This document shows positions 1 through 8,210 of a stretch of DNA of 64,000 nt, one piece after another (position 1 is the stretch's first letter; the number at the start of each line of letters is the position of its first letter). The stretch covers positions 308 through 64,307 of the forward strand of contig VEQY01000016.1 in the NCBI GenBank assembly GCA_018882965.1, in the 5' to 3' direction. The notes beneath the pieces are model-generated. The model did no database searches. It saw nothing but the letters and a program-made list of their open reading frames with translations, and was not told the DNA's origin. A program made the translations under genes and the position numbers. The DNA comes from Mycobacterium sp. GTDB taxonomy: Bacteria; Actinomycetota; Actinomycetes; Mycobacteriales; Mycobacteriaceae.

Positions 1-45
1 CTGAGAAAACCGTAAAACGATCCAGACCCCGCCGAAGGCCCGTCC

Positions 46-61
46 TTACAGGGTTTTCCCT
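46..61. promoter_or_regulatory. 16-bp operator-like motif TTACAGGGTTTTCCCT, copy 1
   Basis: Exact reverse complement occurs at 3167-3182 and a 1-mismatch copy at 201-216; imperfect dyad AGGG-N4-CCCT. Confidence 0.6.
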
Positions 62-114
62 AGTATTTCGGCCGATTTCGGTCCGGAATCGCAAATCAGG
101 GGTCGAACCCGGCG

Positions 115-171
115 CCGAGAGTGCGCCCAGATCGCGAAATCGCCCCTTTCGGTGATCTGGGCGCAGTCTCG
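115..171 (-). repeat. REP-like imperfect palindrome, copy 1 (loop orientation reversed relative to copies 2 and 3)
   Basis: Reverse complement differs from 3043-3099 at 5 of 57 positions; arms GAGAGTGCGCCCAGATC / GATCTGGGCGCAGTCTC. Confidence 0.85.
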
Positions 172-200
172 AAGGATCCGCCCACCCCGGGGTCACCCTG

Positions 201-228
201 TTACAGGGATTTCCCTGGCATACAGGGA
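201..228. promoter_or_regulatory. Operator-like motif TTACAGGGATTTCCCT (201-216) plus half-site TACAGGGA (221-228), immediately upstream of the LuxR-family gene
   Basis: Near-identical to 46-61; perfect inner dyad AGGGA-TT-TCCCT. Confidence 0.6.
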
Positions 229-236
229 CTGCAATA

Positions 237-3038
237 GTGGTATCCATGGGCGGGGATCCCGGTGACACCCAGGGGCGGCACACGCCCGGCGCTGTCGTCG
301 GGCGTGAGCACGAACTGCAGGCGATGCAGGCCCTGCTGGATGCAAGCCGGCGCGGTCCGGCAGCGCTGATCCTCGACGGCGAGGCCGGCATCGGCAAGAC
401 CACCCTCACCTTGGCGGTCGCCGATGCGGCCGCCGCAGCCGGCTTCGGCGTGCTCACCACGTCCGGCGCGGCCGCAGAGGTGTCACTGGCGTGGGCGGCG
501 CTGGCCGACCTCATCGGCGGCATCGACGCCGACGTGCTCGCCGAACTGGCACCGCTGCACCAGCAGGCCGTGCAGGCGATCACCACCGGAGCCCAAGGCC
601 CGGGCGGGGACGAGCGCCTCGTCGCGATGGGCCTTCGCACCGCACTCGAACGGCAGAGCCAACGACGACCGCTGCTCGTCGTCGTCGACGACGCCCAGTG
701 GATCGACGAGCCCAGCAAGCTGGCGCTGGGATTCGCGGTGCGGCGGCTCTCCGGGCCGGCGGTAGTGCTGGCGGCATTCCGCAGCGGCGAGCCCGGCGGA
801 CGCGACCGGTCCTGGGTGCAGCCGCGCGACCCGAGCCGACTGAACCGCCTGACGCTGGGCCCGATGCCCGACCGCGATCTGCGCGCGGTGCTCACCACCC
901 GGCTGGGACGCCGTCCGTCCCCGGCGGCGATGGCACACATCGAGTCCCTCGCCGGCGGCAACCCGCTCTACGCGCTGGAACTGGGCCGCTCCCTTGACGA
1001 CAAACCCGACAACGGGACCGCGGAGCTGCCGGTGACGCTCAGCGAACTGGTGCGCCGGCGTATCGGGGAGCTCGACGCGGCCACCGCCGAAGCGATCCTC
1101 ACGGTGGCGACCGCGTTCGAGCCGACCGTCGAGGTGATCGCTGCGGCGACCAACCGCAGTCCCGACGATCTCGTCGTGCTACTCGAGCCGCTGGAACGCC
1201 GCGGCGTGCTGATCTTCGATGGCTCCCGCATCCGGCTCACCCATCCGCTGATCGCCTCCGGGATCACAGCCGACGCCGACCCCACACGGCAGCGCTGCGC
1301 CCACCGGCGCCTGGCCGCCGCCGTCAGCCACCCTGAACAACGCGCCCGTCACCTGGCCCTGAGCACCGCCCACGGCGATCCGGAAACGCTGGCCGCGTTG
1401 GACGCCGCCGCCGAAAACGCCGCTGCGCGTGGGGCATACAGCACCGCCGCCGAACTGGTCAGCCTGGCGATCCGGCTGGGTGCCGACGACCAGTTGCAAC
1501 GGCTGCGCGGCGGGGACTACTTCTTTCGCGCCGGGGACTTCGATGGGGCCGATGCGATGGTCGCACCGATCCTTGAGGACCTGCCGGCGGGCTTCATGCG
1601 CACGGTCGGGCTCCTGCTGCTCTCAGCCGTCCGGGGCTATCGTGACGGGGTCGCCAGCACGATCGGGATGCTGCAGCGCGCCGTCGAGGAAGCCGGCGAC
1701 AACCTGGTACTGCGCACCCAGGCGTTGCTGGTGTTGGCGCTGTCCACCGGTATCGGCGGTGACCTGGCGACCTGTGTGGAGCAGGCCGCGCGCGCCCGCG
1801 CCGACGCCGACGCCACCGGCCTGCCCGCACTGCGCAGCCAAGCGCTCACCCTGTCGGCACACGTCGGCTTCCTCTACGGGCTGGGCAGCGACACCGCCGC
1901 GCTGGACGAGGCGCTGGAACTCGGCGAACCCGACCCGACTACGCCGATCATGCTGCGACCCAAGTCGATTCACGCGCTCCAGTGTGGCTGGACCGGACGG
2001 CTCGAGCAGGGCCACGCGGAGCTTACCGAGGTGTGGCACCAGTGCGCCGAGCGCGGCAACGAGCTCGAAATGCTCTGGGCCGACGAGCAACTCACCACGA
2101 TCGAGGTCTGCCTGGGCCGATACGACGACGCTGCCCGCACCGCAGCGGGTGCCCTCGAGCGCGCCGAACACCTCGGCGGGCGGCTGCCGCTGATCACCGC
2201 CCACACCGCGATCGCTCACGCCGCGGCCTACCAGGGGCGCATCGATGACGCGCGGGCGTCGGCGGGGTTGGCGATCGCGGGGGCCACCGAGGCCGGGCTG
2301 GGATACCTGGTCGGCCCACCGACGATGAGTCTGGCCTTCGCGCTGGTCTCCGACGGGCACTACGAGGAAGCGCTGCAGGGTCTGCAGCCGTTGCTGGCTC
2401 GATTCGACCCCGAGCACGACACCGAAATCGTCGCCGGGGCGTTCCTACCCGACGCCGTGGAGGCGCTGACCGCGCTCGGTCGCACGGCCGAGGCCGAGCC
2501 CCTGGTGGCCGCGCTGGAAACCAACGGTGCCCGCCTGGACCGACCGTGGATGCTGGCGGTGGGCGCGCGCGGTCGCGCCCAAGTTCAGGCCGCCATGGGT
2601 GACCTCGACGGCGCGCTGAAGTCCACCGAATGGGCGCTGGCCCATCACGAGCGACTGCCGATGCCCTTCGAACGCGCGCGCACACTGCTGCTGGCAGGCC
2701 AGTTGCAGCGCCGTCGGCGGCGCACGCACCCCGGCCGGGCCATGCTGACCGAAGCGGTCGCCGTGTTCGAGGAACTCGGCAGCCCGCTGTGGGCGGAGCG
2801 CGCGCGCCGTGAGCTGACCCGGTTGGAGAAGCGGGCCGCCGGCACCGCGCTCACCGAGGCCGAACGTCAGGTCGCCAAGCACGCCACCGAGGGCATGACC
2901 AACAACCAGATCGCGGCTCTCTTGTACGTGTCGGCCAAGACCGTCGAGATGCACCTGTCCAGCGCCTATCGCAAACTCGGTATCCGCTCACGCACCCAGC
3001 TCATCGAGCGGTTGAGGGCGGGCGAGTTGCGGGATTGA
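237..3038 (+). CDS. LuxR-family STAND/AAA-ATPase transcriptional regulator (MalT/LAL-like); start may be ATG at 246
   Basis: Walker A GEAGIGKT, Walker B LLVVVDDAQW, helical middle region, C-terminal LuxR HTH (LTEAERQVA...SAKTVEMHLSSAYRKLGIRSR). Confidence 0.93.
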   Translation: MVSMGGDPGDTQGRHTPGAVVGREHELQAMQALLDASRRGPAALILDGEAGIGKTTLTLAVADAAAAAGFGVLTTSGAAAEVSLAWAALADLIGGIDADVLAELAPLHQQAVQAITTGAQGPGGDERLVAMGLRTALERQSQRRPLLVVVDDAQWIDEPSKLALGFAVRRLSGPAVVLAAFRSGEPGGRDRSWVQPRDPSRLNRLTLGPMPDRDLRAVLTTRLGRRPSPAAMAHIESLAGGNPLYALELGRSLDDKPDNGTAELPVTLSELVRRRIGELDAATAEAILTVATAFEPTVEVIAAATNRSPDDLVVLLEPLERRGVLIFDGSRIRLTHPLIASGITADADPTRQRCAHRRLAAAVSHPEQRARHLALSTAHGDPETLAALDAAAENAAARGAYSTAAELVSLAIRLGADDQLQRLRGGDYFFRAGDFDGADAMVAPILEDLPAGFMRTVGLLLLSAVRGYRDGVASTIGMLQRAVEEAGDNLVLRTQALLVLALSTGIGGDLATCVEQAARARADADATGLPALRSQALTLSAHVGFLYGLGSDTAALDEALELGEPDPTTPIMLRPKSIHALQCGWTGRLEQGHAELTEVWHQCAERGNELEMLWADEQLTTIEVCLGRYDDAARTAAGALERAEHLGGRLPLITAHTAIAHAAAYQGRIDDARASAGLAIAGATEAGLGYLVGPPTMSLAFALVSDGHYEEALQGLQPLLARFDPEHDTEIVAGAFLPDAVEALTALGRTAEAEPLVAALETNGARLDRPWMLAVGARGRAQVQAAMGDLDGALKSTEWALAHHERLPMPFERARTLLLAGQLQRRRRRTHPGRAMLTEAVAVFEELGSPLWAERARRELTRLEKRAAGTALTEAERQVAKHATEGMTNNQIAALLYVSAKTVEMHLSSAYRKLGIRSRTQLIERLRAGELRD

Positions 3039-3041
3039 CCA

Positions 3042-3099
3042 CCGAGATTGCGCCCAGATCACCCAAACGGGCGATTTCGCGATCTGAGCGCATTCTCGG
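3042..3099 (+). repeat. REP-like imperfect palindrome, copy 2, starting 3 bp after the luxR stop; possible terminator or stabiliser
   Basis: CCGAGATTGCGCCCAGATC...GATCTGAGCGCATTCTCGG; 3040-3103 matches 6621-6684 at 62 of 64 positions. Confidence 0.9.
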
Positions 3100-3166
3100 C
3101 GCGCGGATGGGCTTCGGGCGCCCACAATTACCGACTGACAAGTTCGGAATCACCACGAAAATCGCA

Positions 3167-3182
3167 AGGGAAAACCCTGTAA
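3167..3182. promoter_or_regulatory. Operator-like motif AGGGAAAACCCTGTAA upstream of the large secreted protein gene
   Basis: Exact reverse complement of 46-61; 106 bp upstream of ATG 3289. Confidence 0.6.
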
Positions 3183-3288
3183 TGAACGGCGCGCGGACCT
3201 GGGGGGTGTGATTTAGCCTTTTCTCGAGGGCCGATGCCGCCCTGAGCAGGGGTGAACGGCCGCTTTGCGGACGCGGGGAGATCATGCA

Positions 3289-6200
3289 ATGAAAGCGTCG
3301 GTGTATGTGGGCCGGGTCGGGGGGTTGGCCCTGGCACTGGGCATCGGGGTCGGGGTGTCGATCGCATGCGGGCCACCGGTGGGGGCGGCCCCGGGCCAGG
3401 GATCACCAGATCCCTCCGCCACAGCCGAACCCAGCCCGGCGCGCGGTGGCGCGACAACGCAGCGCACCCGACAATCCCGCGGCACACCCGTCGCATCAGA
3501 AGCCCCCGGTCCTGACAATGCCCAGCGCGCCGCAGTGTCGACCCCCCGGGAGTTGCCCTCGGCGGCGCCGGGCAACGACTCCCCACCGCGTCCCTCCGCG
3601 GCGGTGAGCCTCAAGGTGCCGGCGGTGCCGGTAGCAGCGGGCGGAGTGTCGCGGCGACCCGGTGATGCGGTGGCGGCCGTTGCCCTGGCGCCCGCGCCCC
3701 CGGCGAACCCGCCCAGCGCCACAGCGACACCAGCCGCGCTAACGCCCGCAGCGCCCGCGCCAGATGCGTCCGCCGCGCGACCTGCTCCCGCCAGTGACTT
3801 GCTCACCATGGCGTCGGCGCTACTGCTCGGCGGTGGGCCGGCGTCGCCGGTGGAGTCCCCGACAGCCTGGGCAGCGGTGGCTGCCGCCCGCTCGCGCGAG
3901 GACCAGGGACCGCTCGGAGCGGCTGCGACGCCCGCGCTGAACCCGCGGATCACGGCGACCTACACCGTCGGAGTCGAACCGCGATTGGTGGTGGCCGACC
4001 CCCGCGGCCGGTGGGTCTACACCATCAACGAAAGGGGCGAGAAAGGAACGGACCGGGAAATCTATGCGTCCATCTCGGTCTTGGACACCGTGACCAAGAC
4101 GGTCACGACGTACAGCATGATCCCGTCAGGCTGCGGATGCGACGGCCGCTTCACCGACGATGTCGCGATCACTCCCGACGGCACCCTGTACCTCTTCGGA
4201 CTGGAGGAAGAGCGCGCCCTAGTCGATGTCGGCAACTACGTCGTCGGCGCTACGGCGCGGGAATCGGGATTCCAATGGCGGGAGATCCCATCGGAAGATG
4301 CGAGTGCGCTGGGCTCCCAGTACGGCGGCTTCGCCATCAAGTCCGTCGCCGGAGCTGTGAGTTTCGACGCCAAGACCGTGATAACCGGACTGATCGCGAC
4401 CAAGGCTGTCCCAAGAACGCTGTCCTACAAGGAGGTCGATGAGGACCGGGGACTCCAGCCCTTCTACGACCCCCGTACCGAGACGCTCAAGGAGTACGAC
4501 ACCCAGGCGTTCCTCGGCTACATCGATACCGCACTCGTTGCCGGGTTACCCCTCGGTGAGGGCAGCGGCGGAACCGTTAGCGACGGTGACGAGGATGAAG
4601 GTGCAGTGCCAACACGCCCGCAGGGCAGCATCCCCAAGACGATAATCCCCGGCGCCGAAGGTCAGCGGGTGGGACCGATACTGAATTGGGCGAACACCAA
4701 GGGCTGGGAGGACATCGGACTAACCGTCAACGATGTCGAGCTGGTCGGGCCGGCATCGTCGGGGATCGCCTGGCTGGTGGGAACCAAGGATCCCCGGAAA
4801 GCGAGGGGCCGAGCCGCTGCGGTGCCCTGGGTGGCGTCGGTGATCACCTCCACGGGTGCGACCGCCTATGTCAAACTGCCCAGTGACTTCACCGGCTCCG
4901 GCGTCAGACTTAAGGAACTTTCTCTCGCGAAAACGCCGAGTGGATCGAGGATCTTCGTCGGGGGTTCGAAAATTGCCGTGATCGACGGTGCCTCGCGTGC
5001 TCTGATCACCACGATCGACCTGCTGCCCGACACGCCTTTTAACAACTCCAACGGCGCATCCGTCATCGATATGGCGGTCAGCCCTGACGGCAAATACCTA
5101 TTCGCGCTCAACAGCGATAGCGAACCCGCACGCAAGCTGTTCTTCGTCATCGACATCGCGACCAATGCAGTGCTGAAAACCTTGACTCTCGACACGCTCA
5201 ACGGCACGGGATACGCCTCTGATATGGCTGTCAGTACCGACGGCAAGCGTGTGTACATCACCACCGACAGCTCCAGTGGCGCACCCTATAGCGCGAGCAT
5301 CCTCAGCGAGATCGACCTCTATGCTCCGGCACCGACCGGCACCGCGACCGTAGGCACGCCCGAGGTCAGCACCGGCGTGGTCGCCGGCAGGGTAACGACT
5401 TCCGGTCTGGGTGGGTCGATGACCTATACCCCGACCACGCCGGCCAAGGGGACGGTCAGCATCACTAACGCCGGGGCATTCACCTTTACCCCGAGTGCGG
5501 CGGCGATGCATGCGGCCGCCCGCAACGGGGCCGCGACAGCGGAGAAGACCGACACGTTCACCGTGACCGTCCGCGACAGCCAGGGCTCGCGGGTCGACGT
5601 GCCCGTGACAGTCACCATCGTGCCCCGCAACACGCCCCCGGCCGACGTCCGCGCCAGCGTCGGTTCCCCCGATACCTCCACCGGGGTGGTCACCGGAACG
5701 GTGAGCGCCACCGACGCCGACCGCGACAGCCTGACCTTCTCGGTGCCCGCAACCACCGCCAGGGGCGGAATCACCATCAACGCTGCCACCGGCGCGTTCA
5801 CCTACACGCCCACCCTGGCCGCGCGGCAGAACGCCGGCAAGCCCGGCGCTACCGCCGCGGACAAGTCCGACAGCTTCACCGTCACGGTGTCTGATGGCTA
5901 CGGCGGCTCAAGATCGACGGCTGTCGCGGTGGCGATCAGCCCGGTCGCGCCCCCTGCGAACTCCCCGCCCGTGCCCGGTACGCCCACAACGACCACCAAT
6001 ACCTCCACCGGAGTGGTGAGCGGCAAGGTCAACGCCACCGACCCCAACGGCGACTCTGTGACCTACACCGCAACGACGATCTCTACCGCCAAAGGCAGAG
6101 TGACCGTCACCGGTGCGGGGACCTTTACCTACACGCCCACCGCCGCCGCGCGCCATGCGGCGGCGCGAAGCGGTGCCACCTCGGCCGACAAAGCCGATAC

Positions 6201-6594
6201 CTTCACCGTCACCGCCTCCGACGGGCGTGGCGCAAGTGCTGGCATCCCGGTCACGGTGACCATAAGCCCGAAGAACACCGCGCCCAGCGGAGTACGGGCC
6301 ACTGTCGGGACACCGAACACCACGACCGGGGTCGTCACCGGACGGGTCAGCGCCACCGACGCGGACAGAGACCCGCTGACCTTTTCCGCCCCGGCCACCA
6401 CGAGCAAGGGGGCGATCAGCATCACCGCTTCGAGCGGGGCGTTCACCTACACGCCCACGCTCGCCGCGCGGCAAAACGCCGGCCGGCCCGGGGCAGGTAC
6501 AGCCGATCGCTCCGATAGCTTCATCGTGACGGTCGCCGACGGCTACGGCGGCAGCGCCCGAGTCACGGTGTCGGTGACGATCCGGCCGGCCTGA
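3289..6594 (+). CDS. Large secreted/surface protein: signal-like N-terminus, Ala/Pro linker, YncE/YVTN-type beta-propeller, four C-terminal VCBS/Ig-like (cadherin-like) repeats; putative adhesin
   Basis: GGGGAG RBS before ATG 3289; N-terminus [15 protein letters not shown]; blade motifs (VAITPDG, MAVSPDGKYLF, MAVSTDGKRVY); four about 105-aa repeats with TGVV.G.V.ATD, GAFTYTP, DSFTVTV.DG. Confidence 0.85.
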   Translation: MKASVYVGRVGGLALALGIGVGVSIACGPPVGAAPGQGSPDPSATAEPSPARGGATTQRTRQSRGTPVASEAPGPDNAQRAAVSTPRELPSAAPGNDSPPRPSAAVSLKVPAVPVAAGGVSRRPGDAVAAVALAPAPPANPPSATATPAALTPAAPAPDASAARPAPASDLLTMASALLLGGGPASPVESPTAWAAVAAARSREDQGPLGAAATPALNPRITATYTVGVEPRLVVADPRGRWVYTINERGEKGTDREIYASISVLDTVTKTVTTYSMIPSGCGCDGRFTDDVAITPDGTLYLFGLEEERALVDVGNYVVGATARESGFQWREIPSEDASALGSQYGGFAIKSVAGAVSFDAKTVITGLIATKAVPRTLSYKEVDEDRGLQPFYDPRTETLKEYDTQAFLGYIDTALVAGLPLGEGSGGTVSDGDEDEGAVPTRPQGSIPKTIIPGAEGQRVGPILNWANTKGWEDIGLTVNDVELVGPASSGIAWLVGTKDPRKARGRAAAVPWVASVITSTGATAYVKLPSDFTGSGVRLKELSLAKTPSGSRIFVGGSKIAVIDGASRALITTIDLLPDTPFNNSNGASVIDMAVSPDGKYLFALNSDSEPARKLFFVIDIATNAVLKTLTLDTLNGTGYASDMAVSTDGKRVYITTDSSSGAPYSASILSEIDLYAPAPTGTATVGTPEVSTGVVAGRVTTSGLGGSMTYTPTTPAKGTVSITNAGAFTFTPSAAAMHAAARNGAATAEKTDTFTVTVRDSQGSRVDVPVTVTIVPRNTPPADVRASVGSPDTSTGVVTGTVSATDADRDSLTFSVPATTARGGITINAATGAFTYTPTLAARQNAGKPGATAADKSDSFTVTVSDGYGGSRSTAVAVAISPVAPPANSPPVPGTPTTTTNTSTGVVSGKVNATDPNGDSVTYTATTISTAKGRVTVTGAGTFTYTPTAAARHAAARSGATSADKADTFTVTASDGRGASAGIPVTVTISPKNTAPSGVRATVGTPNTTTGVVTGRVSATDADRDPLTFSAPATTSKGAISITASSGAFTYTPTLAARQNAGRPGAGTADRSDSFIVTVADGYGGSARVTVSVTIRPA

Positions 6595-6622
6595 CCGCGG
6601 GCGAACGCCGCGGATTTGGTCA

Positions 6623-6680
6623 CCGAGATTGCGCCCAGATCACCCAAACGGGCGATTTCGTGATCTGAGCGCAATCTCGG
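6623..6680 (+). repeat. REP-like imperfect palindrome, copy 3, between the convergent adhesin gene and tRNA-Leu; possible bidirectional terminator
   Basis: 12-bp + 1 mismatch + 8-bp stem with 16-nt loop CCAAACGGGCGATTTC. Confidence 0.9.
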
Positions 6681-6706
6681 CGCGTGACCGGGTGTCGAAA
6701 ACCCCG

Positions 6707-6780
6707 TGCCCCCAGTCGGACTCGAACCGACACTGGGCGGATTTTAAGTCCGCTGCCTCTGCCAATTGGGCTATGGGGGC
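6707..6780 (-). tRNA. tRNA-Leu(UAA), 74 nt, short variable loop, CCA not encoded
   Basis: Cloverleaf: acceptor GCCCCCA/TGGGGGC, anticodon arm GCGGA-CTTAAAA-TCCGC, T arm GTCGG-TTCGAGT-CCGAC. Confidence 0.96.
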
Positions 6781-6804
6781 GCGCCGCCGGCTGCCGGTCG
6801 CGAA

Positions 6805-8061
6805 TCAGCGGACCGGGCTGTCGCGTAACAGGCCGCGGGCCTCGAAGGTCTTCGCGCCGGGAACACGCACGCTGGCGACGATGTCGATCATGTTCTCACC
6901 GCGCTCGGTGTTGTAGAGCTCCTGGGACTGCAAGCGGCGGCGCGCGATCCACTCGTCGGTCTTGCCCTTGACCATCGGCTCGGCGGGCACGATCTCCACG
7001 CTGGTCACGCGGACCTCGGGTTCGACGTAGGCGGAGTGGGTCAGGTGCTCGATCATGTTCGACTTCAACTCCACCAGGTACACCGGCACCTGCTGCTCGG
7101 CCAGCGCGATCGCGATCTTGCGGGCCACGATGAATGCACCCTCCTTGGCGACCAGCGGCATCTGCGCTCCGCTGAAGGGCATCATCCCCTCGGGGTACAC
7201 GGCGATGCTGACGATGTCACGTTTGGCCAGGAACTCCTTCACCCTGTCCACGCTCTGGCCGATCGGATTGAGGCTGGCGTCGTATTCGTCGACGTAGACC
7301 ACGTCGCCCGGTGACTCCGGCGGCGGGATGGGGTAGACACCCCGGCGCGCCATCACGATGTGGTGGGCGGTGCCGAGCTTGTGCGCCGAGCGGTTGGCGA
7401 TCGACCCGTCATACAGCGACGCGTCGTGGTTGCCGACGACCACCATCACCCGGCGCGGGCTGCCGGCCATCGCGGAGTTGGCCTCGTCGAAACCGGCGAA
7501 GGTCAGGTCGTCGGTGCGGAAGAAGTTGGCCGGATCCAGCCAGCGCGGCCAGTGCGACACCGACCGGTGCAGCCCGACCAGAGCCACCACCAGAAACGCC
7601 GTCTTGACCGGCTTGCGGGCGGCGAGCAGCATTTCGGGCACCGCCACCACCGGCGAGAGCGGGGCGGCGTCGTCGCGGCGGGCCAGGCTGGCGTTGATCT
7701 TGTGGATGGAGTTGCGCAGCGCACCTGAGCGCAGCGCCTTGATCGCACCCGGCCGCGACTGCAGCGCGATCAGTTTGCGCATCGCGGTCAGCGTCTGCTG
7801 GGCGGTCATCGCGATGTTGGCTTCCAGCCGGGTCAGCCGCAGCACCGACTCGGCGTTCTTGGCCGCGCTCTGGTCGATGAACAGCCCCCGGTAGAGGTCG
7901 GCCAGTTCCTGTATCGCCGCGCCGACGATGTCGCGGGAGGTCTCGATCTCGACGACGGCCCGCGGGTCGGCCCCCAGCAGGGACACCGCGGTGGCGACCC
8001 GGTCGTTGTAGAGGTCCTCGAAGCGGCGCAGTTTCGGCAGGTACGTGAGGTCTTCGGCCAT
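6805..8061 (-). CDS. Divergent PlsC/lysophospholipid acyltransferase-superfamily protein with a helical N-terminal domain
   Basis: 418-aa ORF from ATG 8061; motifs VVVGNHDASLYD and AVYPEGM resemble NHxSxxD and FPEG. Confidence 0.6.
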   Translation of the reverse strand: MAEDLTYLPKLRRFEDLYNDRVATAVSLLGADPRAVVEIETSRDIVGAAIQELADLYRGLFIDQSAAKNAESVLRLTRLEANIAMTAQQTLTAMRKLIALQSRPGAIKALRSGALRNSIHKINASLARRDDAAPLSPVVAVPEMLLAARKPVKTAFLVVALVGLHRSVSHWPRWLDPANFFRTDDLTFAGFDEANSAMAGSPRRVMVVVGNHDASLYDGSIANRSAHKLGTAHHIVMARRGVYPIPPPESPGDVVYVDEYDASLNPIGQSVDRVKEFLAKRDIVSIAVYPEGMMPFSGAQMPLVAKEGAFIVARKIAIALAEQQVPVYLVELKSNMIEHLTHSAYVEPEVRVTSVEIVPAEPMVKGKTDEWIARRRLQSQELYNTERGENMIDIVASVRVPGAKTFEARGLLRDSPVR

Positions 8062-8210
8062 CAGCGTCCCCCTGCCTTTCACCGAGTCCGCCGGTCGCGG
8101 AGCGTCCTCAGACTACCCGCGCCGACAACGGCGATAGCCGGTGTAGCGGCCCTGCGGCCACTATCGTGAGGGGGTCCGACCGGCTGAGTCGGACCAAGGA
8201 GGTGAGCAAG

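Noticed and set aside
196-208. CCCTGTTACAGGG resembling part of an I-SceI site
   Set aside because: Only a short partial match; better explained by the adjacent operator-like motif
3182-3211. 9-codon ORF MNGARTWGV beside the operator motif
   Set aside because: No RBS or coding signature; likely chance
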